A stretch of 64,000 bases of DNA from a candidate division FCPU426 bacterium. GTDB taxonomy: Bacteria > Oederibacteriota > Muellerivitia > Muellerivitales > Muellerivitaceae. The translations under genes and the position numbers were made by a program. The stretch lies in assembly GCA_963796105.1 (NCBI GenBank), contig CAWCKJ010000004.1, positions 544,001 through 608,000 on the forward strand, given 5' to 3'. The notes beneath the pieces were generated by a model that saw only the letters and a program-made list of their open reading frames with translations, was not told the origin of the DNA and did no database searches. Below are positions 28,473-39,500 of the stretch, in pieces (the first letter of the stretch is position 1; each line of letters starts with the position of its first letter).

Positions 28473-31400
28473 TTAACAACAGCGACTTTCAGGATCTGGT
28501 GGTAAGAGCCGGACTTGATCTCAATCAAATATATTCCCGAGGCCACGACATTGCCGTTTTTATCCTTCATGTCCCAGGATGTTTTGACCTGCGCTCCCGC
28601 GACGGCGGCAGGAGGCGAAAGCGTGCGGATCACCCTTCCCGCGATGTTATAGATGTTCAATTCCACGGGCCCGCTCGCGGCAAGATCGTAGTAAATACCC
28701 AGAGTCTGCCCTAACAGAGGCCGGACCAGGTTGGCGTCGAAGACCATTTGGCCTGATTTCACTCCCGGCGGCGGCGCGGGGGGCTTGAGGGTGGTGGAGT
28801 AGGCGTGGTTGGAATTGGAGCTGGTGCCGGAGGGCACGGAATATACCGCCCTGGCCACGTAGAAATAGGTGACGTTTTCGCTCAAACCCGTGTCGTTGAA
28901 AAGGGTGACGGCGGCGAAAGCGGTGTTGTAAAGGGTCGTCACCGGCGCGGTCAGAGTCGCGCTGTAGGAAGTGGTCCTATAGATCGCGTAACCCGACACG
29001 ATCCGGCCCAGGTCGTTGGCCGGAGTCCAGGTGAGCTGGATGGTATTGGCAGTGGTCCCCTTGGCGGTCAGGCCCGTGGGGGGATTGAGGTTGCCGGTGA
29101 CGCTGGAGGATGTGATGGTCACGGCGCCGCTCTCGTGGATGCCGGGAACAGCCTGGCCCGTGGAATCGATGGCCGCCACCGTGAAGGTGACCGAAACCCC
29201 GTTGGTCGAGGGTTCCAAAAGCCATGTTTGCGTCGTCAGGATGGTGGTCGGTGCCCCGCCGGAAGTAATGATGACCTGGTACTCGGAAACGGGCAGTCCT
29301 CCTGCGGAGGGCGCCCCGGCTGGGGCCCAATCGATGAGGATCTGCTGGTCCCCTGGCTGGGCGTTCAAGCCCGTCGGTGCGGGAGGGGGGTTGGCGGGGC
29401 CGTCCAGGACTTCGGCGGAAAGCTGTCCCGCGTGTCCCACCGCGTCCAGGGCCTCCACCTCATAGCCGTAAAGCTGGCCTAAGGAGGCGGTGGTGTCCAC
29501 ATAGATTGAAACTCCGGAGCCCACCACCGTAAGGGGCTCCGTCAGGTTGTAGGTTCCCGCGGCGGTCCGCCGGTAAATGGCGTAGCCGGTGATGTTGAAG
29601 GAATGGGTGGCCGGGGCCGACCAGGTAAGGGTCACGTCCGCGTTGCTGGAAGTCGAGGTGACGGCGGGAGGGCCCAGGGCGTAGGGATAACCCGTCACGG
29701 GAGACGAGGGGCTCAAGCTTGTGACTCCGTTGGTGTTCACGGCATAGACCTGGTACACGAAAGTGGAACCGTCGGCGGCGGGGGTGTCCACGTCGGTCAC
29801 CGGGATATTCGCCGCGGTCACGGCGCTGTTGACAGTGGTCAAGGGGGCTGAGTTTCGGGTGATCAAGTACTCTAGCACGTTCACCTTGTCCAGCGGGCCG
29901 TTGGTGACCCAACGCAGGGTGACCGCGTTGTCGCCGTCGGATTCGCCCAGGCTGACGGGGGCGTTGGGCGGCCTGGCGGGCGTGGCGAAGACAGTGGCGC
30001 TTCCGCTGAGGCAGTAGGTCCCCAGGTGGTCGATGGAAACAAGGTAATAATAATAAGTAGTCCCGTTCGTCACGGGGGCATCGGTGAATGATCCTCCGAG
30101 GCCCACGATCGTGAGGGCGGCATAACCGCTGAATTGGGCCGTGCTTCGATATAGTTGATAGCCAGTCACTGGCGAGGCACCACCCGCGGCGTCCGTCCAG
30201 GAGACCGCCACCTGGGCGACACCGCCAGTGGCCGAAAGGTTGCTGGGTTGGTTAATATTGTTCGTGCTTGGAGTGTTCGTGACAGACGCGGAATTGGCGC
30301 TGATATGGAGCCCACTGGTGATTCCGGAGTTGTCAACCGCCACCAGGTAATAAGTGTAGCTGATAGTGTTCGTCAAACCCGTGACGACATAACCCGTAGT
30401 GGTGGAACTGACCATGGTTACTGGCGTTGTCACACCGCCGCTGACCTGGTAAATCTGGTACCCGCCGATGGGAAGGGTTCCCGCCGTCCCTGGCAGCCAG
30501 GTGATCTGGATTTCAGTGTCCCCGGCGTATATTCCCACGCTCACAGGGGCTCCGGGCTGGACGAGGGGTTCTGCCGTGACAGGCGCCGTCGGGGCGCTTA
30601 GGTTTCCTTTCATGTCCACGGTTTGCAAGGAATAGTAGTAGTTTGTTCCGTTCGTGACGGCATTATCAGTGTAACCCGCGGCCGAGGCTGGAAGGAACGT
30701 GATCGGTGCTCCTGTCACACCGGCAGATGTGACGCGGAAGACGTCGTATCCGGAAACAGGATAGGTGGTGGCGGCAGGGTCGGACCAGGCCAGGACCACC
30801 TGGTTGCTCGCGGGAGTCGCGGAAGGGGAACCTGGCGCGTTGGGAAGGCGGAAGGCCGTGACCGGCATGGCCAGGTTGGTATTCAGGGGGCTCTGGAGGC
30901 CTCCCAGCTCGGCTTCCACCATGTAATAGTAGGCTGTCCCGTCCGCCGCTGTGGCATCCACGAAACTGGTTCCCAAGGAGGAGACGCTGGTGATAGGGGT
31001 GTAAGCGGTGGAAGCGGGTCCGCTTCCGGTGACCGGCCCGGGAGCGCGGTAGATGTTGTAGCCTGTGATGGCCTGAATGGCGGGGTTGGGGGCCCAGGCC
31101 AGGCTGACCAAAGGCTGGCTGGTGCTGGTGCCGGACTGGGCGGTCAAGCTGGCCGGAGAGGAAGGCCCGATCAGGATGGACAAGGGAGCCGATCGGGGGC
31201 CCTCGCCCGTGGCGTTGGAGGCGGAAATCTGGAAAGTATAGGTCTGGCCGTTTTGGACCGGCCATTGGAAGGTGATGGGCATGGCAAATCCCGCCGTGAC
31301 CGTCACGGGCTGGACCAGGATGGATTGGTTGGAGTTCAATTGGCGGTAGATGTTGTAAACGGTCACGTCGCCGGTTCCCACGGTGACCCAGTTCAAGGCC

Positions 31401-34400
31401 ACCGAGACATCGTCGGGCAGGAGGTTGACGGAGTTCAACACGGGCGCCGAGGGATAGGTGAGCTGGCTCACGGGCCCGTCGAGAGCGCTGGTCCCGAACG
31501 CGTTCAAGGTTTGAAGCCAGTAATAATAGGTTGTATCCCCCGCCTGGGTCGGGTAACCCAGGGAAACAGACGCGCTGGATAAAACGTTGGTTACGGCGGA
31601 AGACGCGCTGGAGGTGGTGGCCGCAAGGGAATAAATACCCGTGACGCTCGCGTCCGCGATGGCGGGCCAGGTGACTGCCATGTCATTTTGGGCGTCGAGG
31701 AGGCTGACCGCCAAGCCAGCGGGGGTCTGGGGGGCCAATCCCCAAGTGACAGCCGCCGAGGGAAGGCTTTCCCCACCCACGATGGTTAATCCGCTTCCAA
31801 AATTGGTAGCGGTGACATAATAGGCGTAGCTGACGCCCTGGGATGCGGAATTGTCTGAGAGGCTATTGAACCCACCATTCGGTGTCGTAGATATCAATTG
31901 AGTTACGGGTGTCGTAAGGGGGTTGTTGATCCGGTAAAGCGAGTATTCTTTCACGTTCTCCGAAGCGGGATTGAGGGTCCAAATGACCGTAATGACACTG
32001 GAAGTGGAGGAAGCCCCGATACCAATGGGGTGATTTGGTGGAATCATGACCCCTACCGCTGGGGAAATAGGACCGGCCCCCGCGATGTTCTGGGCCTGGG
32101 CGTAATAATAAAGGATGCTCCCCGCCGCGGAGGGTCCCAGGGTAACGTCGGTGAAATTGTAACCCGCCTGCCCGGCGCCCAACTGCGTAGCGCCTACCCC
32201 GAAGGCGGCGCTGGGACTGCGGTAGAGGTTGTATCCCGTGACGTTGGTCTCGGGGGCGGAAGGCGCGGACCAGGTGAGCGTCACCACATCGGAAGCCGTG
32301 GCGGTCACAGCCAGGCCCGTGGGCGCGCTCGGCAGGAGGGACATGGTGACGGGAAGCGACAAGGGCCCTTCCCCGCCGGCGTTGGAAGCCGAGACCTGGA
32401 AAACATAGTTCGTCCCAACGGTCAAGCCGGTTGAATCGATGAAGGCGGTGCTCCCGGAGCCTGTTGATCCGACTGAGACGCTGTTCTGGTAAATCGTGTA
32501 GCTCGTCACGCCCTGGTTATTGACCGCGCCCCAATTGAGCGTAACGGCGTTCGAGGAGGAAGAGGCTGTCAGGCCCGCAGGCGCGGCTGGCAGGATATAA
32601 CCCGTCACCGGCGCGGAGGGGTTGGATAGGAAACCCGCATTGTCGAATGCCCGGACCTGGTAAACGTAATAATGGCCTACCGTGGCGGAAGTGTCATCAT
32701 AGGTGACAGGGAGGGCCGCCACTGTGACGAAACTGCCGAAGACCCCGTCGGGGGAAATCTCGACCTGGTATCCGGTGGCGGGCCCGTTCAGCATGAGGGT
32801 GGGATCTGGAGAGGACCAATAAAACCCGATGGTGGCGGGACTCACGCTGACGAGCGTCGTGCCGGCGCCCGCGGGAGGATAACCCGGCGGATCGGCTTGG
32901 GCCTGGGAGGAAGGCCCGCTCAAGTGGGCGTCGGAAGGGCCCGAGGGATATTGGCTGTCGAGCGAGACCAACTCGTAATAATTCGTGACCGCCGCCGAGG
33001 GCGAGGGGTCGTTATAGGCGGTGGAGGAACCCGCCAAGGTCGCCAGCGTGGAAGCGCCGGACATGGAAGAGTTGATGGACCGCAGGACCTGGATTCCCGT
33101 GACCGCGTAGGAACCCAAAACCGAGGCTGGCGCGCCCCAATTAAGCTGGACGGCGGCTCCGCCGGTGAGAGCCGTGACAGGACCCGGCGCCGCGGGATTG
33201 GCGAAAGCCGTGACGGGCCCAGTGGAAGCGAACGCGGATTCGCCCACCGTGTTATAGGTAAGAATCTGGTAAGTGGTGGGGCTGAGATTAACGGCGTTGG
33301 TGTCGGAAAAATTCGTCGTGACCGCCGGCAGGAGCACGCCATTGGGATAAACCGACCCGTCCGGAAGGGTCACGGAGGCCGCGAAGGCGCCCCCCACCGT
33401 GTTCCGGGTCAAGAGATAACCCTGGGGATTCTCGGTGGTGACCTGGTTCCAGGAAAGGTTGATGACCCCTCCGGTGCTGGTGTAATTGGCGGGGACGGCG
33501 TTGAAAGATCCCGGTACGGGGGGCGCGGCGATGGAATAAACCAGGGCCTTCGAGGAATCCAGGGGAGCGGTATTGCCGTTGTTGTTGAGGGCGCTCACCA
33601 TGCTCATGGGCCAGGAGCCGTCCTGGCCCGCGGCAGTTCCGATCAGGGTGACAGGAAATGCCTGGTTTGTCGTGACTGGTTGGCTCGTCATATTAACGAT
33701 AATGGTCCCTGGCGTGGTTCCTGTGGGGTTGACGACATTGCAGGGGCCAAAGGCGTCTGAAGCCGAGGTAATGCTCCAGTTGGAGACACCCGAGCTGTTG
33801 GCGGGTATCAGGAAGACGACTTGCGTTATGGGGCTGTTGAACTGGTTGAGGAAGGTGTCCACCAGGGTCACGGCTCCTCCGTCCAAAACCGTGCTGGGAA
33901 AGGCCGCCGCACCGGGAAGGTTCAGGACTGACCGCACGGGCTGGACATTGGAGGAGGAATAGGGGACATTTATGTAAGATAAGCCATAACCACCCGGGGA
34001 CCATAGCAGATTGACTGTGTTGCCGGCGGGAGCGCTGGTCCAAGATCTCAATATGATCTGTCCGTTGGTCATGAAGGGCTGGGGTGCCGCGCCTGTTACC
34101 GAGTCAACACTATCTTCAAGTGTCGGTTTATTTTGACCAACGTCAGTATCGGAACCTCGATAAACAGTGTCATAAGTCAAATCGGGATTATTATAGTCTG
34201 TCAAAGGCCCGCTGGGCGCCTTGCCGTAATCCATGATCACTTCATAAGACACGGGCGCTGTTGTTAAGTCGGTTTTGTAGAAATATAAATTGAACGATAC
34301 CCCCGCGCCCCCCGCGGCGTATCCGCTGTTCACGCCTGTCACGGCGAAACAAACCGCGTTGGTGACTGGGTCGGTATTGACGTTGGTGACCGTGACAACA

Positions 34401-35053
34401 AGGCTTGATGTTGTATTAGTCGTCGGCAAGGTAAGTAATAGATCGGTGGATACCGGCGTGGATAAGGGCGAATAAACAGCCGCGACATTGCTGTTGCTGA
34501 GGGTTTGTAGATAATAAGGTTGGTAAAATCCTCTTACCATATACCCGGGCCCGGTGGTAACGCCGATGGACCCTGGAAAGGTGTTTCCCGAGGTAATATT
34601 GGGCCCTGAGATGCTCATCTGCATGGAATTGGAGCCGGCCGTCAAGGTCACGCTGAAATTCAAAATCCCATTGACGAAGGTCAAGGCCGCCGTGCCGCTG
34701 GTGACGGGGGACCCGCTGGCCGGGACAAAGACCGCCGATGGATCGGCCGGCAGGCCGGTGCCGGTGTCGTAGAGCCCGACCGTAACCGTGTCCGTCACGG
34801 CGGCGTCCAAGGTGCCAGGCGTGCTTTGGGCTTGGACGTTGAAGGTCAGAACGTTTCCAGCGCCGCTTCCCGCGCTGGTGCTATAGGTCACACCGGCGTA
34901 AGGGGAAGTGGAGCCCACATAAGTAACGGAGTAACCGGCGGAATAAGCGGTGCCGGGGAAAAGAAGAAGGCTGATCAGGGAAAAAGAGAGAAATACATAA
35001 GCGAAAACAAACCAGCGGTTTTTCAGGGAAATTTTCGTTTGGGTATTTTCCAT
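28469..35053 (-). CDS. Large secreted FN3-repeat surface protein with C-terminal FlgD-Ig/T9SS-CTD-like domain
   Basis: 2194 aa; signal peptide ...TAYS|A; many FN3 repeats (LxW...GYxxYR...FxD...YYY); C-terminus LNIYNIAGRVIRTL...WDMKDKNGNVVASGIYLIEI...KVAVVK. Confidence 0.85.
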   Translation of the reverse strand: MENTQTKISLKNRWFVFAYVFLSFSLISLLLFPGTAYSAGYSVTYVGSTSPYAGVTYSTSAGSGAGNVLTFNVQAQSTPGTLDAAVTDTVTVGLYDTGTGLPADPSAVFVPASGSPVTSGTAALTFVNGILNFSVTLTAGSNSMQMSISGPNITSGNTFPGSIGVTTGPGYMVRGFYQPYYLQTLSNSNVAAVYSPLSTPVSTDLLLTLPTTNTTSSLVVTVTNVNTDPVTNAVCFAVTGVNSGYAAGGAGVSFNLYFYKTDLTTAPVSYEVIMDYGKAPSGPLTDYNNPDLTYDTVYRGSDTDVGQNKPTLEDSVDSVTGAAPQPFMTNGQIILRSWTSAPAGNTVNLLWSPGGYGLSYINVPYSSSNVQPVRSVLNLPGAAAFPSTVLDGGAVTLVDTFLNQFNSPITQVVFLIPANSSGVSNWSITSASDAFGPCNVVNPTGTTPGTIIVNMTSQPVTTNQAFPVTLIGTAAGQDGSWPMSMVSALNNNGNTAPLDSSKALVYSIAAPPVPGSFNAVPANYTSTGGVINLSWNQVTTENPQGYLLTRNTVGGAFAASVTLPDGSVYPNGVLLPAVTTNFSDTNAVNLSPTTYQILTYNTVGESAFASTGPVTAFANPAAPGPVTALTGGAAVQLNWGAPASVLGSYAVTGIQVLRSINSSMSGASTLATLAGSSTAYNDPSPSAAVTNYYELVSLDSQYPSGPSDAHLSGPSSQAQADPPGYPPAGAGTTLVSVSPATIGFYWSSPDPTLMLNGPATGYQVEISPDGVFGSFVTVAALPVTYDDTSATVGHYYVYQVRAFDNAGFLSNPSAPVTGYILPAAPAGLTASSSSNAVTLNWGAVNNQGVTSYTIYQNSVSVGSTGSGSTAFIDSTGLTVGTNYVFQVSASNAGGEGPLSLPVTMSLLPSAPTGLAVTATASDVVTLTWSAPSAPETNVTGYNLYRSPSAAFGVGATQLGAGQAGYNFTDVTLGPSAAGSILYYYAQAQNIAGAGPISPAVGVMIPPNHPIGIGASSTSSVITVIWTLNPASENVKEYSLYRINNPLTTPVTQLISTTPNGGFNSLSDNSASQGVSYAYYVTATNFGSGLTIVGGESLPSAAVTWGLAPQTPAGLAVSLLDAQNDMAVTWPAIADASVTGIYSLAATTSSASSAVTNVLSSASVSLGYPTQAGDTTYYYWLQTLNAFGTSALDGPVSQLTYPSAPVLNSVNLLPDDVSVALNWVTVGTGDVTVYNIYRQLNSNQSILVQPVTVTAGFAMPITFQWPVQNGQTYTFQISASNATGEGPRSAPLSILIGPSSPASLTAQSGTSTSQPLVSLAWAPNPAIQAITGYNIYRAPGPVTGSGPASTAYTPITSVSSLGTSFVDATAADGTAYYYMVEAELGGLQSPLNTNLAMPVTAFRLPNAPGSPSATPASNQVVLAWSDPAATTYPVSGYDVFRVTSAGVTGAPITFLPASAAGYTDNAVTNGTNYYYSLQTVDMKGNLSAPTAPVTAEPLVQPGAPVSVGIYAGDTEIQITWLPGTAGTLPIGGYQIYQVSGGVTTPVTMVSSTTTGYVVTGLTNTISYTYYLVAVDNSGITSGLHISANSASVTNTPSTNNINQPSNLSATGGVAQVAVSWTDAAGGASPVTGYQLYRSTAQFSGYAALTIVGLGGSFTDAPVTNGTTYYYYLVSIDHLGTYCLSGSATVFATPARPPNAPVSLGESDGDNAVTLRWVTNGPLDKVNVLEYLITRNSAPLTTVNSAVTAANIPVTDVDTPAADGSTFVYQVYAVNTNGVTSLSPSSPVTGYPYALGPPAVTSTSSNADVTLTWSAPATHSFNITGYAIYRRTAAGTYNLTEPLTVVGSGVSIYVDTTASLGQLYGYEVEALDAVGHAGQLSAEVLDGPANPPPAPTGLNAQPGDQQILIDWAPAGAPSAGGLPVSEYQVIITSGGAPTTILTTQTWLLEPSTNGVSVTFTVAAIDSTGQAVPGIHESGAVTITSSSVTGNLNPPTGLTAKGTTANTIQLTWTPANDLGRIVSGYAIYRTTSYSATLTAPVTTLYNTAFAAVTLFNDTGLSENVTYFYVARAVYSVPSGTSSNSNHAYSTTLKPPAPPPGVKSGQMVFDANLVRPLLGQTLGIYYDLAASGPVELNIYNIAGRVIRTLSPPAAVAGAQVKTSWDMKDKNGNVVASGIYLIEIKSGSYHQILKVAVVK

Positions 35054-35175
35054 TTATTTAATCTCAAGGATAAACCTATTTTAAGGGCTAATCAAGAAAG
35101 CCGTTTTAGCTTTAAATCTAGAACCTAACTCAAAATCAATTTTTCTTATTCTGCGAACCACGAACAATATGGAGT

Positions 35176-35374
35176 CTCCCCCTCTGAAAGAGGGGGAACA
35201 AGGGGGAGTTAGTCTATTTTTGATGCTTTGCCAAAGGCGAATACCCCCCTATCCAACAGCGCTCATAGGGAAAACCCCCTATGTACAACGAACTCATAGG
35301 GAAGAGCCACTATGTACCCCTGAAACCGAAATGCCCACAAACCGAACTGCCCCTTTTTCAAACGGGGAAATAGC
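35176..35374. repeat. Dispersed palindromic intergenic repeat, copy 1
   Basis: CCCCCTCTGAAAGAGGGGG hairpin, CATAGGGAAAACCCCCTATG hairpin (degenerately duplicated here) and CCCTTTTTCAAACGGGG; reverse-complement homolog at 60323-60470. Confidence 0.75.
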
Positions 35375-35425
35375 TTTCTAAAGCATGCCTTTCGAAATTT
35401 TCCAAAGTTGAGTTCTATTTTTTTC

Positions 35426-36586
35426 TTACCACGTATCCCGGACATTACTGATGATGGATTGGTCGTTCCAGACCGGGAGGGGGGTGGATCCCTGGGCTGC
35501 CAATAGGGAGCGGATCAACACCTGCATCCCCGCCCCGGCTCCCGAGATCCCCACCTCAAAGCCGCCCGGGAAATTGCCGTTGGCCGCGGCGAATTTGGGA
35601 ACCGTGGCCGGTGCCCCGTTCCAGTTCGCGCTGTTGGGGCTGATGCCGTACCGGAAACCGGAGCTTAAGATCCCGGAGGAAACCTTGGTCAAGCAAGTCA
35701 CGGCGCCTTCCGGAATGCTGTTCATGGTTTGTACGTAAGTGGCTACGCCGGAAGTGCTTAATGTATAAAAAGCCGCGGCGGTGGTGGTGGCGTTCGAGTT
35801 GGGGTTCTGCTGGGTGGGGTCCCAGGCGTTGGTGATGGCGTAAGTGGTGTCCTTGAACATGGGATTTATATTGCTGGTGACATTTCCCGGCGTGGCCAGC
35901 CATTTGATGACCGCGGGTTTTAACTTGCCATCGGAAATATCACTAATCTCATTGAAATCGGCGAATTGGATGCTCTGCCATTCCACGAGCCGGTAGGAGG
36001 AAGTGTTCCTCAAGGGCCTGGGATTCTTGGTCGTTAGGTAATAGTAATAGAAACGGTACAGGTCGATGACCACGGTCGCCGGCGTGTTGTTCGTACTGTA
36101 AGTGACGCCGGTGCCGTAAATTGTGACCGACCCCGGATAAACTTTAGTGCCGATGGTCTGGGCGCTGTCGTAAACCCCCATCAAGACGCTGTTCCCGAAG
36201 TTGGCCGCGACCGCCGTGACAGGGGAGAAAGACCCGGTGCCGGTGACGGGCTGGGTCACTCCCAGCAGGCTCCCAGCCATGATGGGATATTGGGATTTAG
36301 TGGTGGCCGACATGCCGGTGGTAACGGGGCCCAAGAAGGATACGCCCGAGGCATTTTGCTGGAACAGGTGCCGGCTGGCGACGAACCTCTCGTGCAAGCG
36401 GAGCATCGTCCACTCATTCAGGGCCTGAAGCTGGAGGCGCATTTCGTCGGCGGCCATTCCCTGGGTGACCCTGGTGAAGAGAAGGGTGATGGCGGGCGTG
36501 ATGATGGCGATCAGGGCCACCACCAACATGAGTTCGACGAGCGTCACCCCTTTTTCCCCCATCGGACGGGTTCTCATCGTTTTCAT
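35426..36586 (-). CDS. Prepilin-type N-terminal methylation protein (PilW/PulJ-like minor pilin)
   Basis: KG|VTLVELMLVVALIAII class III signal; 386 aa. Confidence 0.85.
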   Translation of the reverse strand: MKTMRTRPMGEKGVTLVELMLVVALIAIITPAITLLFTRVTQGMAADEMRLQLQALNEWTMLRLHERFVASRHLFQQNASGVSFLGPVTTGMSATTKSQYPIMAGSLLGVTQPVTGTGSFSPVTAVAANFGNSVLMGVYDSAQTIGTKVYPGSVTIYGTGVTYSTNNTPATVVIDLYRFYYYYLTTKNPRPLRNTSSYRLVEWQSIQFADFNEISDISDGKLKPAVIKWLATPGNVTSNINPMFKDTTYAITNAWDPTQQNPNSNATTTAAAFYTLSTSGVATYVQTMNSIPEGAVTCLTKVSSGILSSGFRYGISPNSANWNGAPATVPKFAAANGNFPGGFEVGISGAGAGMQVLIRSLLAAQGSTPLPVWNDQSIISNVRDTW

Positions 36587-36593
36587 GTCGCGC

Positions 36594-39500
36594 CTATCGG
36601 TTAATGGAGATGATGATCTGGTGGTAGCTGTAATTGAGGGGAAATCCCTCCCGGTAGGCCTCCACCATGAGGGTGTAATCCCCTTGGGGGAATGTTCCCG
36701 AAGGGACGGGCCAGGCGAAAGTCACTGGAAAAGCATGGGCTGAGACAAGGTGGCCCGAGGAGGTATCCAAGGCCCCTTGGATTGCTTTCGCGTTGTCCTG
36801 CATGAAGTACCAGTTGACCCCCGCGTTATTCGAATAAGCGAAATTCAGGTCCAGGGTGACGGGGTTTCCACCGCTGGTTTCGCTATAGGTGCTGTTGCTC
36901 AGGTTGGGATAGCCCGGATACTCTTCCGTGTAAAAATTGGCGGTGTTGGAGGTCAATCCGGGAAAGCGGAACCAGATGTTGTTGGTGGGCCCCGCTATGA
37001 TATTGAGTCCCGAGATCGTGACGGGATTGCCCGTGGTGACGGCCCCGTCCACGACCAGGTTGATCGTGGCGGGCTGGTTATACTGGAAGTTGGGGCTGTC
37101 GCAGTAAAGCTCCACCAACGGCATCTGGGCGATATGCGCGTTCCCGGTATAGGTTCCGCCGTCCAGGTATGTCCTTAACATGAAAACCAGGGCGGTCTTG
37201 CCCAACTCGGCCGTGCCGACGTCGGGGGAAATGGCCAGGCCGGATTCCACCACGTAAGCCACCTGGTTGTTGCTGGTAAGTTGGACCACGCCAGTACCGT
37301 TGTAGGTGGCGGAGCTCGTGTCATCGTAAAACAACCTGCTTACCGAGTCGGAGCTCACTTTGGGAATGGAAAGAGTGGTATGGGTGCTGTAAGGCGCGAT
37401 GCTCCACTCGCTGGTAGTCTGGGCTGTGCCGAGCGCCCAGGACCTGGTACAGCTGACCGATTGGGCCAGGGGATACTCGAACAGGGGATAACAGGTGACA
37501 CCTAAGCTTAAAAGAGTGGCGGAATCGGCGTTGGTCTGGTGGTTGAAGGAGCCGTCAAAAAAGGAGGTACAGCCGTAGGTATAAGCCCTGCTGGTTAAAT
37601 TCCGTCCGAAGCCGTTAAGGGAGTTCGTATTGCCGCTCGCGTCCTTCACGGGAACCGAGCTATAAAGCTTGCGGTAAAAAGTGGAAGTGGAGGCTGTGGC
37701 GTTGGCCACGGGAAGATTGCCATTGGTGGACCAGACCGAGTACATACTGTCGGGATAAAGCTCCCCCAGCCAGGATTTCTCATACCAGGTATCTTTCGTG
37801 TTGGAAATCACGCGCATATTGGTAAGCGTGGAATTGTAATTGATGATTTCAGCGACAGTAGAGAGGGCAGTTTGCGATGTGGTGTTGTAAGGGGTAGTGT
37901 TCATGGTGATGCCGGATGAGAACGGCATTTGGTCCGCCCCGAACTCCCCGCCAAAGCCGTAATAGTAGTAGCTGTACCCGTTCATGGTGGTCCAGATCGC
38001 GGTGGTGTTCAATAGCCCCTGGCGGACCATTTGATAAAAGCGCGGGAGATCCACGAAATTGGCGTCGCCTGGCGCGGCCCCTCCCGAGGAGGCGGCTCCC
38101 TCCCAGCCGATAATGTCGCCCGCCGCGCCGTAACCCGTGTATCCGTCATTGTTCAGGCCGACATGGGTACCACCGGCGTTGCCGTCCTTGAAATACCAGT
38201 TATAGGCGCTTGCCGGCATTTGGGCCGTTCCTCCGGTAAGCCCCCCGACCTTGCAGTCCAGGTAGGGCTCATGGCGGGGATCACCCAGGAACTGGTAACG
38301 CTCGGTATAGGGAGGAGGATAGCCGTTGCCCACCCAAACGTAGGTCCGGGAAAGGTTGGGAAAGCTGGAGGCTGTGACCGCGTTGCCGATCCGGGTCTCG
38401 ATGACGTGCTGGCCGACGAATTGGGTGGCCACCTGGCCGTAAATGCCGCTGGCGAGGGTGCCGTCGGTGGCGGGGGCGGTATAGGTGGAGGTTACGGGCA
38501 TATTCAGGGAGATGATCCACCGGGCTGTGTTCTTGGCGGCGGTGGCATTGGAATAGGTCAGGTCTTGCGCCGTGAATTGCGTGGTGGCATTGATGGCTGT
38601 CATTTCGGGACTGCAAGGGATGTACTCGGTCCCATATAAGTAGGTCGCGGCGGGAAGCCCGGTGTTATGCAAGCCAGGTGGACAGCGCAAGCGGGTGTTG
38701 TAGAGGGTGATGAGGGTCTGGGTCACGCCCGCGGTGGGGACCGGATTCTGGAGGCACCAGGAAACCGCGTTGCCCGCGTCGGTGTTGGTGACGGTTCCCC
38801 CGACCGGAGTGCCGGCGGAAGCATTCATGGGGCAGTAAACGTAGGTGGAGGCGCTGGAGCCGATGATGGCCGTCGCAGTTACGTCCGTGCTGGCGAGGGC
38901 CACATCCGGCAGGAACAGGCTGATGGCGGGGACTTCGGAGCCCTCCGCCGGCAGGGTTCCTCCCGGCGGGGGATTATCCAACCCATCGTAATAGGCATAG
39001 ACCCTCAATTTCACCTGCGTTGTAGTGCTTCCGGTAGGGTAGTAAAGCAGCTCCGGATGGGTCACCACGCGCTCATACGGGGTGGTTCCAGGAATCTTGG
39101 CGGCGTCCGAGTAATTGCGCATGGGCGGGAGGGGCAGCAGTTCCCCATGCAGGTTGACGATGAGGGCGTTCTCGAAAGACGCAGGCTGGGAAAGCATTCC
39201 CTCGATCAACATGCGCTCGCTGATCTCCGTGACCGAGTCCGCGGCGGGAATGACCTGGCTGGAATTGGCGGCCGCCTGGGTGACGGCTTGGTACATGAGC
39301 AGTTCATCGGGATATCGCAGGGAATTATTGTCCTTGTCCGCCGCTGGATAAACGGGACAGCCGCTGAACTGGCCGCTAGTGTAGTAAGCAGCCCCGTCCA
39401 CGTTGAAATTCCCGGTCACCTGCACACCCACGGAAGATGGGTCGAAAAATTGGTTAAGGGAACCGTTATCCGGCGCCACATTGTCCTCATGGGTGGTGCC

